A model generated the notes under the pieces. The model was given only the letters and a program-made list of their open reading frames with translations, made no database searches and was not told the DNA's origin. A stretch of 64,000 bases of DNA. Source: Guillardia theta CCMP2712 (taxonomy: Eukaryota > Protista > Cryptophyta). The translations under genes and the position numbers were made by a program. The stretch is from positions 186,001 through 250,000 of the forward strand of contig NW_005434630.1 of assembly GCF_000315625.1 (NCBI RefSeq), written 5' to 3'. This document shows positions 35,866-50,191 of this stretch, in pieces. Each line of letters starts with the position of its first letter. Position 1 is the stretch's first letter.

Positions 35866-38800
35866 ATGGCCAGGAGCGCCAAGTCAGCGATGGGTGAAGA
35901 TATCTCGGCAGAGCGATATGAGAGACTGGAGTACTGGAATCCTGTTCCTTTAGGTGACAGGATCGCGCACTTGCGAGGAGAAACTGTCGAGACACAGGCT
36001 TACGATGCTCCAGTGGCGGTGCAGAGTGTTTCCAAGGGAAGGTCAATCATAGGGAAGTTTTCAAGCCTTCCCATGATTCAAATCAAGACTTCTATATCCT
36101 TTCGAACCTTATCGAGAACCTTCTGGGCACTCTTGTTCATCGTCACAGTATGCTTGATCCTCTCTGTCATCTTTGCTTTCTCTCCATCATCTTGGTGCGG
36201 CAATGGCGTCGTAGAGGCTGGAGAGGCATGCGACGACGCAAACCTTGACGACTTGGATGGCTGCACACGATCTTGTGACATCTCTCCTGGGTATCAGTGC
36301 ACTGGACGCCTCCACCACGAGATCCGCTGGCAGTCTTGCAGCAAGTGCCCGATAGATACGTTCTCCTTGGGCATGAAGAGCAACTTCGATCAAGCACAAG
36401 GCGTGCGAGAAAACTTTACGTTCATCAACGACTCCCTTGTCGAGCTTCTCTCTTGCACTCCTTGCCCCCCACACTCTACCACTGTGAGCATGGAGCTCGT
36501 TCTGAGCAGCTCAGTCGGCGTGTCGAGCATGGTAGGATGCGTCTGCAGAGAAGGATACAGCGGGCCAGCCGGAGGTTCATGCGCTCCGTGCAGAGCAGGA
36601 GAGTACAAGAAGACGGCAGGGACCAGCAGATGTCTAGAATGCCCAGCAAACATGACCAGTAGTCCAGGAAGTGTCAGTGATAACGAATGCTTGTGCTTGG
36701 CAGGAATGTTTCTGGACGGTCGAGATCCTCTATCTCCCTGCACCTTCTGCCCTCCCGGAAAGTTCAAGAGCTCTGCGGGCAACACTGATTGCTCTGATTG
36801 TCCAATCGGTCACTTCGCTGCGGAAGAAGGAGCGACTTCTTGCTCAGTCTGCCCTCCCAACTCCTTCATGCCTTCTCCTGGAGCATCTGTGTGTGTTGAC
36901 TGTCCGTTCAACGGGCAGGTCTCAGCGGAAGGAAGCGTCTCAGTCACAGCATGCAAGTGTCCGGGCGGATCTCAGGGGCTAGACGGAGGATGCAGCTGCA
37001 GCTCCTGTCCCATCGGATCCTTCAAGCCCTCACCTGGCTCCTCCTCCTGCCTGCCCTGCCCTCCGGGAGGCTTCAGCAACTCGACCGCGTCTCTCCAGTG
37101 TGCAAGTTGCCCTAAGGGCGCCTACCAGCCCCTCAGGTCGAGCTCCTCTTGCCTCGCATGTCCCTCCAACCTCCTCAGCACCCGAGCGAGCGGCAGCATC
37201 AGGCTGGAGCAGTGCGAGTGCATCGAGGGATACGTGGGTCCAGCTGGGCAGACAAGCTGCGCCAAATGTCTGAAAGGGACATACAAGGGCGAGCTGGGAG
37301 GTTCTTCGTGCCTTTCTTGCCCTGCTGGAAGTTTCTCAGAGGTGGACGGGAGCTCTTACTGCAAGCTCTGCCCAGCTGGGGCCTACAACGGTGTAGAAGG
37401 GCAAACATCGTGCGCAGGACAGTGTCCTCTTTCCTTCCTCAGCAGTCTGCCAGGAGCCGTCGCTCTATCAGGTTGATAGCTCCCCCCTCGATGTCTTCGA
37501 GCCTCCTCCTTGTCTTTCTTCAAACTTTGGGCTGCCTGTTTCGTCGATGTGCTCTAGTAGAGCATGTAGAGGTATCGCACCGCTGACTTTCTTGCTCAGA
37601 CTGCTCATGCAAGCAAGGATACGAACTGACTTCAGGATCACTTCACTTTCAAACCTCGTCGTATGTCGATGTCTTCCTTTCCAACTGCTCAGCTTGTGCC
37701 CCAGGGCGGTACAAGAGCGTCACGGTATCATCATCTTCCTCTCTACTTTGCTCCATCTTCTCCTGACTGTCCCTGTATCACAGGGAAACATACTCTGTTC
37801 TCCGTGCCAGCTGGGGTTTTACAGGTAGATCAACCATATGGAAATGCTCGAGAGTCTGACATGCAACGATCTACAACTTCAGCTCAGCTCCTGGGTCCTC
37901 GACCTGTGCAGCCTGTCCAGCTGGAGCAACGACCTTGTCGCCTCAGTCGCAGACTCCAACTGACTGCAGATGTGACAAGGGGTACGAAGGTGAGAAAATA
38001 TCCCTCATGCATGTCACCAGCTGACTAGGCGACAGGGTCAAGCTCCTCCACTTGTCAGGCTTGTGCGCGAGGATACTTCAAGGCGGTAGTGGGGTTTGGG
38101 GCTTGCAGCGCATGCCCCGCAAACTCGGATACATCGGCTCTGCTGGGGAGTACAAGTGAGAATGATTGCGTCTGCAATGCTGGTTTCACGAGAAATGCTG
38201 GTGAAGTCCATGCACTGCAAATTGCTCCCTTGTCACCAAGTTTGTCGACTGCAGTCAGCAAGCAGTGCGAAGTCTGCCAGGTCGGAAGCTACAAGAGTGG
38301 CCTGGGAGATGGAGCCTGTCAGCTGTGTGAAGCGGGAAAGTACAACCAGTACACAGGAAGAACGTCTTGTGTCCTCTGTGAGCCTGGTAAGAGGGGGATG
38401 ATGGAGATTGACGTGTCTAAACTTGCTTGCAGGGAAGTATCAAGCGGAGACAGGAGCGTCGCAGTGTTACGGTTGAGACTTGTTTGTTGCTTCTGTGACT
38501 ATCTGACGCTCTCGAAGAATGTCCATCTCGCTATCATGTCACTCGAGATCCGTCGGGGAAAGTTGATGTCTCAGGTAGCACGACAGCAGATGCTTGCACG
38601 GTAGGAATTCCTCCTCTCCCATCCCTCCCTCCTCTTCTTCTCCTCTTCTTTTTCCTCTTCTCCTCTTCGTCCTCTTCCTTGTACTGCTTCACAACACCTT
38701 CTTTCCTCCTTTCCTGTCCTCTCCTCCACTTCCACTCCGGTACCTCCAATCTCTGTGCTCCTTTCCTGTACTTTTCTCCTCTTCCTCCTCCTCATCGTTT

Positions 38801-40919
38801 CGCAGTGCAGGGAGGGTTTCTACGGACCCAGCGGTCATCACATCACCGCAGACGGGCTGACTGACTGTACCCCCTGCCCAGCTGGGCGTGTGAAGGACTC
38901 AGCTGGGGCGGGTCCTTGTTCCGCCTGCCCAACAGGTGAGAAGTTCACACTCTCCTCCCCGTCTCCCCAGCTCTTTCCAGCGACTTCCCAGCTCCTTCCC
39001 ATTGACTTCCCAGCTCCCTCCCAGCTCTTCCTTCTCTGATTGCATATAGGCTCGGTCATGCCTCTCACAGCTGGGACCGTCTGCTCTACCTGCCCTGCTG
39101 GTACTCATCCCGAGACCGGAAGTAGCACATGTACCTCTTGCCCTTCAGGCACATACGCACTGGCTACCTCGCAGACGTTCTGCTCAGCATGCGCTGGAGG
39201 AAAGTTCTCGCAGCACGCGACCTCCCAGCCTGTCTCCTTCCCCTTCGAGCATGTCAGCGAACTCTTCCCCTTCAGCGTCGTGACCGACCTCGTGCCGTTT
39301 GATGTTGGCCCTCAGTCTTGCACCGCATGCTCTCCCGGTCAGTTCAGCCTGTCAAAATCTTCCGCCTGCTCCAGCTGCCTGGAAGGATCCTACAACGATC
39401 AGATCGGTTCCTCCTCCTGCAGCCTCTGCCCGCAAGGTCAATACCAGCTGATCCCCCAGCAAACAAGCTGCCTGGCCTGCCCTGTCACCATCACCTCCGG
39501 CAGCTCTGTACAGTCATCGACCGTTGGCAGCGGCAGCACTTCTGCGTCAGACTGCCTTTGTCCTCCTGGATTCTCAGGGCTAGCAAGCGGTCTGATGTGC
39601 TCCCCTTGTGCTGCGGGAAAGTTCAAACAGCTTCTGGGAAACAACGCATGCTCCGACTGCCCTGCTGGTCAGTTTGCAAACACGTCTGCGATGACCTACT
39701 GCATGTCTTGTCCACAAGGAAAGGTGAGCGTGTCGGCCGGTCAGACAACATGTATCAGCTGTCCTGTCAACACAACGACACGTTTGTCGGGCTCAAAACT
39801 CTCGTCTGATTGCTTGTGTGACATCGGATTTGAAGGGCTGTCGACCCTTGCCGATGGAGTCTTTTCCTTTGGCTGCTCCTCTTGCAAGCAAGGTTTCTCC
39901 AAGAGGCTGATCGGCAACGACATGTGCCAGGCTTGTCAGCCAGGAAGCTTCTCTGCAAGTTCCCCCTCCTCCTCTTGCTCACTCTGTGCAAGAGGAACGT
40001 ATCAAAGCTCCAATGCCAGCTCCTCTTGCCGTTCTTGTCCTGTGCAGCAGACCACTGCAGCAGCAGGAGCAACGAGCTCCAGCGACTGCAAGTGCCTGCC
40101 CGGGTATGAGACCACAAGTGGCGGAGGATGCTTCCCTTGCAGCGCAGGGAATTTTTCAGCTCGTGCGGGCGATGCCTGCTCCAGGTGCCCTTCCGGCTCG
40201 TTCTCAGATGCCGCTGGATCTTCAGCGTGCAAGCTATGCGGCTCAAACACCACCTCTTCAGTGACGGGGAGCTATCAGGAGCTGGCAGGCAGCACCTTCT
40301 GCCAGCGATGCCCGAGCGCCGACCATCGCAGTGCCTTGGGCGCCTCCAGCAACGTCTCGTGTATCTGCAAGGAAGGCTACAGCAACGTCGGAGCAGCATG
40401 TCAGCCCTGCGCCCTGGGGACCATGAAGGCTTCTATGACTCAGGGTCCCTCCTGCCCCCTCTGCCCCCGCGGTTCCTTCGCCAACAGGACGGGCATGACC
40501 TCGTGCTTGTCCTGCCCTCCTCGCACCTCCACGACCCAGGAGGGCTCGCAGAGACTGGCAGACTGCGCGTGCGTCCCAGGATACTTCGAGGTAGGAAGCG
40601 ATCAGTCAGGCTCCAAGTGCTCGAGCTGTGCTCTTGGATTCTTCAAGGACTCGGTGGGACCAGCAGCGTGTACCCGATGTCCTGACTTCACCAACACCAC
40701 CTCCTCCTCTGCTGCCGACATTGCAGCTTGTGTCTGTACCCCTGGCTACTTCGGACGAGGAGGAAGCAGTGGCTGTCTGCCCTGCGCTAGAGGAACTTAC
40801 GCGCAAGTCCCTGCACAGGCCAGGTAGCCTGATGCTCTCCCTTTCCTCTTCCTCCATCACCAACACCTCTTCCTCTTTCTCCCCCCCTTCCTCGTGCACC
40901 TCCTGCCCCTGCCCCTGCC

Positions 40920-41000
<81 letters not shown>

Positions 41001-41275
41001 TCTCACTTTCCTCCAGCTGTGCTGCGTGCCCTCGGGGTTCCTTCACAGACTCGATCGCCAGCTCCAGCTGCCAGCTCTGCCCCCCCGGCCTCTTCGCGGG
41101 TCAGGACGGGACGTCTTCCTGCTCAGAGTGCCCGACAAACAGTTTCACATCCGTGGCGGGAAGCAGCAGCTGCCAGCGGTGTCGTCCTGGACTTGGAACA
41201 GAAACAGCTTCCTCTACAAGTTGCTCCCTCCTGTGCCTGACAACTGTTTGGAGGAACATGACAATGTATGTATAA
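35866..41275 (+). CDS. Large Cys-rich type II membrane protein with Myxococcus-type Cys repeat and many GCC2/GCC3 (ephrin-receptor-like) repeats
   Basis: N-terminal TM FWALLFIVTVCLILSVIFAF; CGNGVVEAGEACDDANLDDLDGCTRSC; dozens of CxxCPxGxF/Y...GSxSxxxCxCxxGY units across ORFs 35857-37476, 38089-38604, 39040-40827 and short exons. Confidence 0.85.
40898..40999. repeat. (CTCCTG)n/(CCCCTG)n microsatellite in an intron
   Basis: Direct reading. Confidence 0.93.
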
Positions 41276-41431
41276 TGAGTAACTCTCTCACCAGCCATGA
41301 GATGAGACAAGATGTAGTGAATGTATTGGGATGTAAAGGTGTTTCAAATTGTTTGTCATTCGCCTGTTTCCCTCATCAATGACCAAATCCGAAAGATTGT
41401 GATACAAGTATACAGAACAAGGAACTTGAAG

Positions 41432-44400
41432 CTATTCTACTGACTCGTTGCCGTCCATTTTGAATCCTTCATTTAACCTTTTAAATCTATTGCTATTACA
41501 CACTCGTAATCAGCGAATCTTGTCTCCGAAAATTTCATCCAGGGGAAAAGGCTTACCCTTGACATATCGTCTGACCTTCTGCAGAACAAGGAATTATCGG
41601 CGGTATTATAAATATGGAGATGAAGGAAGGAGAGGGAGAGGGAGAGGGAGAGGGAGAAGGAGAGGGAGAGGGAGAGGGAGAGGGAGAGGGAGAGGGAGAG
41701 GGAGAGGGAGAGGGAGAGGGAGAGGGAGAGAGAAGAGAGAGAGAGAGAAGGGGAAAGAAGAAACAAGTCCAGCAGGGCAAGGAGAAGAGAGAAAGATTGT
41801 CACTGTCTCATCGCTGTTGTCGAAGTATTCATAATCCGCTTCAGACAACTCTGAATCATATTCCTCATTCTTCGCTATCGTTGGATCCTCTCGTTCCTCG
41901 ATGGCTCTGTATATAACCTGAGAAGCGAAAGTCACTCAACGTAATCTTGCAAGGAAGCACCAACGTCAAAGTCCCTCGTCCCGGACGCCACCAAGTCGTT
42001 CGCGAGCTTGACGATCTCCGGCTGGGCAACGTGAGTGGCAGAGGAGGAGGAGGGAGATAGTGCGCACGTATTCTTTCTCAGCTTGCTCCATTGTCTCGGG
42101 CATCGTCCAATTTTTGAGCCCATCGTCACACAAGGCCGGCCACCATCGAGGCCAATCGCTTCCAACCTGATCCAAGAAGCCTCATTCACCGCGAGCACCT
42201 TTCATCGCTCCCTCCTCTCTCATCGCTTCTGCCTGCACCTGCTTCTTGAGATGCTCCTTGAGAATCGACAAGATGGTCGTGAAGTTGTTCGGAGGGTCCA
42301 CGAGCTGCCGGTAGGCTGCGATCTCTATCGCCGTCCTGTTCCTGCATTGACTTCCACGTCAGAGCTTCCAGAAACCTCTCGTCTCCGAGTCACCGCACGT
42401 CAACCATGGTGACGTTTGCGCCGAGCTGGCAAAGGGTTCTGACACACTCGATGTGGCCCATCATGGAAGCCCAATGAAGCGCCGTCATGTTGTATCTGAT
42501 GTGCACTTGAGGTCAAGAGAGCCAACAACGTCTCACAGAAATACTGCAGGTTCCATTTCTTGCGAGATTCTTCATCGCTCTTGGGCTTCCTCCACTGATC
42601 GAAAAGGCTACAACGAAGGTTCATACATGATCATCCTGTTTTGCATCACAATTCGATGCTCACGATTCTTCACAAAATAGCCTTCCTTTCTTCGTCATAG
42701 AGTCCAAAGCATTGATCTCAGCCCCCAGTTCCACCTGCCATTGAGTCATCGGCAGGTTTAACCTTTTCAAATGTTGACCAGCTTCAACAAGGTGGGTACA
42801 CTGCCCATGGCCGCGGCCCAATGCCTTTCAATGCGTTAGTCTCGAGCTAGACTATGTGGAGAGCGATTACAAGGGAGGCCAAACCATGCACAGCAAACAG
42901 TCCTTCAAGTGACATGTGAGCTCATTTCAGAGGCACCCTTCTCTCTTACATCGTACTTCCCAGCGTCCTCTTGGTACTCTGAACTCTCCTCCGAGTGCTC
43001 ATAAAACTTGTAGAACGGCATCGGCAGGTTGATGTCTGCTCCAGAAGCAATGGTCTCCTCGATCTTCCAGCCATGAATCAGCATCGCAAGTCTCCAATGT
43101 TGAAAACTAAGACACCCGCGGCAAATCGTCAACTTGGACCGCCTGACGGAGTTGAATGTTGAGCGACACCTGCCCAGTACCCCTCATACTCCCTACTCAA
43201 GGTCATGCCCGGCGAGCGGTCACCTGCTCCTCAGTGAGGTTGACATGTGCTGTATGGAGGGTGTAGAAACGCGGGTCCATGCGGCTGAAAGAAAGAGAGT
43301 ATCAAAATCCCAACTCAAGACCACCAGGATGTTTGAGCACCCCACGTCGGCATTGAATCCCGGGGTCCAGAACTTTGTGGAGAGGTATTCCTGCATGCAG
43401 CGCTCAGATCATACGCTTGCAGTTCGAGCTCTTCTGCCTTGAGTCTCTCGTTCTGTTCCCACGTGAATCCGTCCCTGCATGTCCGGGTCAGGGGAGGGGA
43501 CCGTTGCAAGGGCCGAGGTACATGTTGTCAGTGAACTCTCGGAGAGAATCGGCCAGAGAGACAGAGTTGTATGTGTTTGAAGTCCTGTATGAAGCACATC
43601 AGCTCTGATGTTTTCGACATGCACTTGTATGGCAACATTTTGGCTTCGGTGGAAGCGTGCTCCTGAAAACAAACTTGTCAGGTTGGACTACGGGGCGTGT
43701 AGAAAGAGCAGACCATTCGCAATTTCTTCAATATTGACCTGACAGGACAAAGGTCAGGCTGTCAATCACAACTTCAACGGTCTCAGAAATATCTCTGCTT
43801 ACTCTGAGGAATCTGAATCACGTTCCTTTCCTAGTAAACTTTGAACAGAACAATAAGTGAAACTACAATGTGCTTCAGTCTTTCATACTTCGTCTCCAAC
43901 CGAGACTGGAAGTCGGTCCATAGTTCATCCAAGTCCTCCCTCGTATGTTCATCTGTCTGGATGATCGGCTTGGAAGGGTCTTCCTTGAAAGCGCTGTACC
44001 GCATCGACTCATTCGCCGGTGCACTTCGCCGCACCTCCTCTACAGCCTCGACGAGCTCTCTTTCTCTCTCGCTGACAAACGACCTTCTGCTCCTGTAAAT
44101 ACTTGAGAAGAGAGATGTTTCTTGATCTGAAGGAGAATGATTCAACGTGACAAAGAAAGAGAATGAAAGGTTTCACCACCGTCGTTTCGATGTTCGCTTT
44201 GACTCCCCTTCCTCCCCAACGCCCGGAAGGTTGAAGATCCTTCGTCAACAAGCCGAGAAAGCTTGTCAATTCTTGACATGGGGTTGACAATAGAGTCGCT
44301 CCCTTCAACTGCTTTCCTGCAGCGCAAGCTTCAGAACACAGCAGGTTTTCAGACTGGTCACTTCAAACCTGAGGCTGTCTAATTTCTTCGAGTTGGTTTC

Positions 44401-44968
44401 TGAAACGAAATATCCGGCAGAATCTGTATTTCTACGCTACTTTAAGCAATGTAGACGTATACGTGCTTGATCAAACCTCACTGTTTCCATATCAATATCA
44501 ACAGAGCTCCTCCCCGTAAACGTATTCGATTGAGCAGGATTCGCCGAGGGGAATACAGCTACATGGGTTTTGATTTCAGTAAGAAAACCGAGCTTGTGTT
44601 TCGAGACCTTGTTCTCCTTCCTCTGCTGTCTCTTCATGCTCTTGTATCGTTTTCTTTTGTCTCTGCTTTCGATTCACTCTGACGTACTGCCTTCTTTGAA
44701 GTCAATGTCTTGGTAATCGATCAAACCGCAAACCTGGTACTCTTCGTTGTTGAAGCTGAGTGATACAGTCAAACTATGCATGCCAGCAGCTTATCTCATC
44801 CTTACCACTCTCTTCTTCGCCTCCTCGAAGGCATTGGAAACGACAACTGCAGTTCTCTTCCAGAAGCTTGCTCAAGCTCCCATCGTGAACATTGTGGCAT
44901 TGAAGCGGAAGCAGGCTTCCAAGGCACATGAGCAGGAGCAAGATCAAACCAAAACTTGTGAAAGTCAT
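41432..44968 (-). CDS. Ankyrin-repeat protein with signal peptide and CLRGG leader (may be two genes)
   Basis: [24 protein letters not shown]...FQCLRGG; [57 protein letters not shown]. Exon chain only partly resolved. Confidence 0.55.
41629..41748. repeat. (GGAGAG)n microsatellite in an intron
   Basis: Direct reading. Confidence 0.93.
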
Positions 44969-45270
44969 CGGAATGACGTGATCTTCGACGTGCTCTCAGC
45001 CATGGTGCTCTTGTCCTGCCATATTCTCCGCTACTGCCCTCGTTGTCGCTCTCGCCGCCTCCATTACATCAGGAGATGCATGGGATGGATCCGGTGGGGT
45101 TAGTACATTTTAGGGGTGTAAGCATGAGAGCGGTGGGTGGTCGCTCCTGTAGTAGAGATATGGGGGGTCATTCATAAGATATCAGACTCTTGAGAAAGGG
45201 GGTAGGGTACTCCAGGAAGATGAGTTAGATAGGGGGGTAGCGGGTGGGGGGTGGGCGGCATGTTGGAACT

Positions 45271-47180
45271 ATGGTGATGCGGCTGCTGATAGCGGCGATA
45301 GTGGGGACGCTAGTGAAGGTGAGGACGGGAGAAGGAGGCGTCGAGCACGAGAGCCATGCTCATGTGCTTCTTGCTGCACATGATTGTGTTCCCTTGTTGA
45401 GATGGAAAGATGCTACAGCTCAGCAGCAACTCCCACTGCGCGATGGTACAGAGCAAGTGACGAGGACTTTGAGGCTCAAGGGAGGGAGGATGGATAATCC
45501 CCGATCACTCGATAGCGGATATTCCACGCGTCCAACTAAGGAAGAAGTTGAGAAGGCCAGGAAACAGTTTCTACTCGATCCTGAGATATCATCTCAGAAC
45601 GACCCAATGGCGAAGATGCACAAGGTTCAGCTTGGAGCTCCCATCAGATCATGACGAGTCCATTGCAGGAAGATTTCCTCAATTTCTTGGATTATGCTGC
45701 TCAGGATCATACAGATGAGATGTTCCTCTATGAAGCCGCAAGTAGGCTCCCGCACGTCATCTTCAACACAGTGACAGTTTGATTGTTCAACAGATCTAGG
45801 TGATATCGATCAGGTGGAAGCGATTCTGCAAAGCGGTCAAGTAAGTAACTCAACTCAACCAGGAATCAGACTAGTACACTGAAAGAGATTATCATCTGCA
45901 GGTTTCAATAGACAGCAAGTTTCTGAACCGTACTGCTTTGATGGTGGCTGCTGCTGCGGGGCACATGAATGTGCTCTGTTTGTTGTTGCAAAATGGGGCA
46001 AAAACAGAAATCAGAGACTCCAAGGGGAGGACTGCGTTGCACTTTGCGGTAGAAAAAGGATATCCGTTAGCCGTTGAGGTCGAGGTGTCTTCTAGCCGCT
46101 GAATGTCACTCATCTCATCGCCAGATCTTGTTGCGATGCGGAGCCGACCCAAATGTTTATGATTACACCTACAAGCACTTGCCCAACTGCAAGGCAATGG
46201 ATCTTCACTCTCAATTTGCTCTGCTGATCAATGTTGCTGTTTCTGGTACCCTGCAGCCAGACTGTGGAATCTCCCCGCTCCACCTTGCAAGAAGGTTTAT
46301 GCGGAGATCTACTGCTGAAGACCATCCTTTATACGACCCGAGGTTGCGACGGTAAATCTACCGCGTCCTCTGATTCCCCGTGTAGAGGAGGCGACTCGTA
46401 CTGGCGGATAGAATGCATGCTTATAGAATGGGGGGCCCACCAGTGGCTTCCAAGAAACGGATGGTAACGGAAAGTTTCGACCGCAACGAGGACTGACTGG
46501 TTGGCTGCAGGATTCAACATAGCTTCCGCCCATACTGTGAGGACGACACGTTTGACGACCTGGTGATTCGACGCCGATGAAACATGGGTTGACGACCTCT
46601 CTTGCTAGATATCCGGTCGTGAACCGTCGCAACAAGAGATGAAAGTGATGGGTGAGAAAGCAAAATGTGACACGAGTCATGTGCTGATGGTTGCCAACAG
46701 CCCCGCACCTTTTCCATCCTAGGGTACCATAACTTGGTTCTAATCCTCATTTGTGATGGTCTCGATCCAGAACATAGCGTTTGAGAAGATGATGAAAGAC
46801 GGCATCAAAATGTGAATTTCGCCCTTTCTTCATGCAGCAGTGCTCATGATGTTTTGCAGTGATGATCCAAACCTGGCAGATATATGTGAGACGTACGGAT
46901 ACAAGCCAACAAAACGAGAATTGATGCCTCTGAAAGAAATACTGAAGGCAACAGGCTTGATCCCATGGCTTTCAAAGCTCACTTTCATTCGGTGCAGGAG
47001 CCACAATATGTGAAAGCACAGGAAATAGCGGACGAATTCTACAGGAGGAATGCGAAGTACTGGGATAAGAAGAAGAAGAAGAAGAAGAATAAGAATAAGA
47101 AGCAAAGTTTTAGTGACAAGAGGCGAAAGCTGAGCAGTTTGAATCGGAAGAAGCGGCCGAGGAGCTTGACAGAAAAGTAA
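45271..47180 (+). CDS. Ankyrin-repeat protein with signal peptide, LRLKGG leader motif and Lys-rich tail
   Basis: MVMRLLIAAIVGTLV; TLRLKGG; RTALMVAAAAGHMNVLCLLLQNGAKTEIRDSKGRTALHFAVEKG; ILLRCGADPNV; KKKKKKKNKNKK. Confidence 0.75.
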
Positions 47181-47566
47181 ACTTCTTGCAAGTTTCCACT
47201 ATCCGCTATCACACACTGTGCTGAGCTCGGAATTCTGCTGGCCGGGATCAGATCAGCGCGGCCCCGGTGTACCATTCACACTGTATCCGGGTGACCTGAG
47301 GGTGCTGGGCACTGCCGCCCGGCCAACTTCTCAGTGACGATGACTCTTGGCGCCCGGCTGTACCGTGACGCCACTGCCACCGGCCCAGGTCCGGCCGGGG
47401 CCCGGCTTCTCAGGTTATGAGCCTTCGATGGTTAGAGGGTGGGGTTGTGTGCATTTCACTACCCCGTTGTTAGTATCGTGCCTTGGGGGTGTGGACCCGG
47501 TAAGTAACCGGGGTGAGGTACCAAAGGTTGGGTAGGGGTAGGGGTGATTCACCAAGGGTCACAGCC

Positions 47567-50191
47567 ATGGGGAGGCTGGTGGGATGGCGCGCGGCAATTA
47601 TGGCTGCGTCGGCGGTGGGATTTTTCGCTCTCATGGTGAGAAAAGATCGAAAACAAGAGTATAATCACGATGAATATGAATGATGTTTTCGTCGCCGACT
47701 GATGTTTGCCTTCCTTGTTGTGTATGAAATGTCATGTTCCTTGCAGCGTCGTTGTGATATGGGAGGTTATACGATCATGACAAGAGAAATTTGAGCTTCC
47801 TGCAGTGGTTTTATGGAGCTGTGACCATTCGTTGTCCCCAGGCTTACCCCTCTTTCTCATCACTTGGTCGAACGGAATTGGAGTACAGTGATCAGGATGC
47901 CTTGCAGCAGTACCTGGAGCACACCGGACAAGAGTCAAAACTTGCGCAGATCAATCCATCTCTCGCGAAGAGAATACAGCAGCAAAAAAGCTATGTCAGC
48001 GGGAGTGAGGCGTCTCGTCCTGGGGGTGACCTTGTTACACGGCTAAAGTCGCTGCATCTGCACGAGCTGGTAATGATGTTGTTCGTTGTTGTCACATCTT
48101 CGATGTCTTCTGTGCTCCTCTTTTCGTCATCCTCTCGCTGACTTGTCTTATTCTCTTTGCACTCTCCAGGCGAAAACCAAGCAGTCTGAGCGTCATGATG
48201 ATGCGTCCAATTTCCCCCGACCACAGATGTCGATGAGTTCACACGTTGAGAAGTCGGTGAATGATGGTTTGAAGGCGGGGAAGGAGGAAACCAGAGCATC
48301 TCTCAAGGCCAGAGTAGAGGCGGGTAAGAGAGCATGGTCCAAGCTCCAGGAGCTGTCACAGAAACCTTCTTTGTCAGCAAAGTCTCGGAAGTACTTCACT
48401 CAGCCTCCACCTCTGATCTATGATACCAGAACCGCAGCAGCAGCGGAGCAGTCACAGTTAGGCATGCCTAAGACGTCGCCATTGTTCTTTCAGAACGGAG
48501 ATTCGGCTGCTGCTGGGCAATCTACCCTGATCCAAGCTTCGACTGGTCCGATGTCGAAGAGCCTTCCGGAATCTCAAAATCAGTATTTTGCTACCAGCGT
48601 TGGTCAGGCGGCACCCACAGTGGTTCAGCAGCAAGGTGGGCCCATGATGGCAAACATCCCTCAGACTCAACCTCAATTCTTTGAGGCTCCGCAAGAGCAG
48701 GCTCAAGCTGTTCAGAATGCGAACCAACAGGCTCTGGCTCAGCAACAGCCAAAGTTCTTCCTCACGCCACAGGGCAAAGTCGTCGAGGTGGTGAATGGCG
48801 TACAGCAAGTCCAACAACAGCAGACCCAGATGAACGTTGTGCCAAACGCTCAATCCACCAAGCTCTCAGAGGACACAGAGGCACTAGATGGAAGCTTGGG
48901 TGTAGTGCATTCGGAGCCGTTGGAGGATCCCACTGTGCAACCAGAGAATCAGTATGTTGTTGAAGGCACGGCGTTTCCAAAGGATACAACGATCTCGATG
49001 CCTGTTGCATATGTTCCAGTTGCGAATGGGCAGCAGGTGGATGTCTCCTCTGGTTCCCCAATGGGATATGGAGGAGCAACTTCGATGAAGGATGCTTCAG
49101 CCAGTACTCAGAGTCTTTATGGGTTGGGAGGGAACGAGGATCCCTTGGAAGGTCAATATAAGTTCGGCATTAACATCAAGCCGATTCCTTGTGATGGGCC
49201 TATCAAGCATAGTGACACGCCTTTGTGTGTTGCCAAGAAAGCCATGGCCCAGGCGCTTCAGGCTGAGAAGGATGTGATTGCTGCGCACGAGAAAATTCAG
49301 GAGCAGAAGGACCGAATTACTAGGTTGGATCTGAGCTATCATGAGAAATATAATGTGAGCATCTCACATTTTGCTGAAGAATGTTGTCTTACTTGGATGT
49401 CCAGGCTCTGAAGACTCGATTCGAGGCATTGGTGGATGGTCTTCGCAAGCGCGTGGTAGAGCAGAAACGAAGGCTGTTGGCGGAAAGCCGCCGCATCACC
49501 ACGGGGGACAACGCAAACTTGCAGAAAGTTGCTCAGGTCAAGGCCTAATCTTACAAGAATTTCTTCTATTCGTGATCGTGACGCTGTTTCTGCAGGCGCG
49601 GGAGAACGAGATGAGAGACTGGCAGGATCTCAATAGGCGATTGAACCAGCTCTCTGTGTCGCTCGCTGTCATCAAGAAAGCTCCTGGCCCTCCAGGGCCG
49701 CCTGGAAGCATGGGTCCACAGGTAGTGCCGTCCTGCTACAACCACCCGCGGGCAGTCGGTGACGTGATAGCAGGGGTATCCCGGAGTACCTGGTCCACAA
49801 GGAGTGCGAGGACCGCGAGGAGAAGAAGGGGAGCCTGGTCCTACTGGTTTGAGGGGAGAGAACGGACGACCAGGTAAGAGACAGACATAGAGGGAGGAGG
49901 TGCAGCATTGATGGAATCCCGTCAGGTCCCAACGGACGGAGGGGTCCAGCTGGGAACCCGATCAACATGCAAGGGTAAGCGACAAGTTGATGGTGTAGAG
50001 ATATGAGACTGAGTTGCGAGCAGCTACGTCAATCCGCAGGGAGCGATCCCTCTTGCAGATCCCAACATTCTCGAGAAGTTCGAGGTACCATGTCGTTGCC
50101 TGCTGACCGACAAGGAACTGAAGTGTTGTGCCAGAACAACGTGAATACGATGGATGAGTTGCTGAAGCGATTGAATCAGGACAAAAAATGA
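47567..50191 (+). CDS. Membrane-anchored or secreted Gln-rich, coiled-coil protein with C-terminal collagen-like Gly-X-Y repeats
   Basis: ORF 48086-49411; spliced GPPGPPGSMGPQ|GYPGVPGPQGVRGPRGEEGEPGPTGLRGENGRP|GPNGRRGPAG. 5' exons uncertain. Confidence 0.7.

Noticed and set aside
41629-41748. Interstitial telomere (AG-rich, nucleomorph-like)
   Set aside because: Simple hexamer inside an intron, similar to other intronic SSRs in the window.
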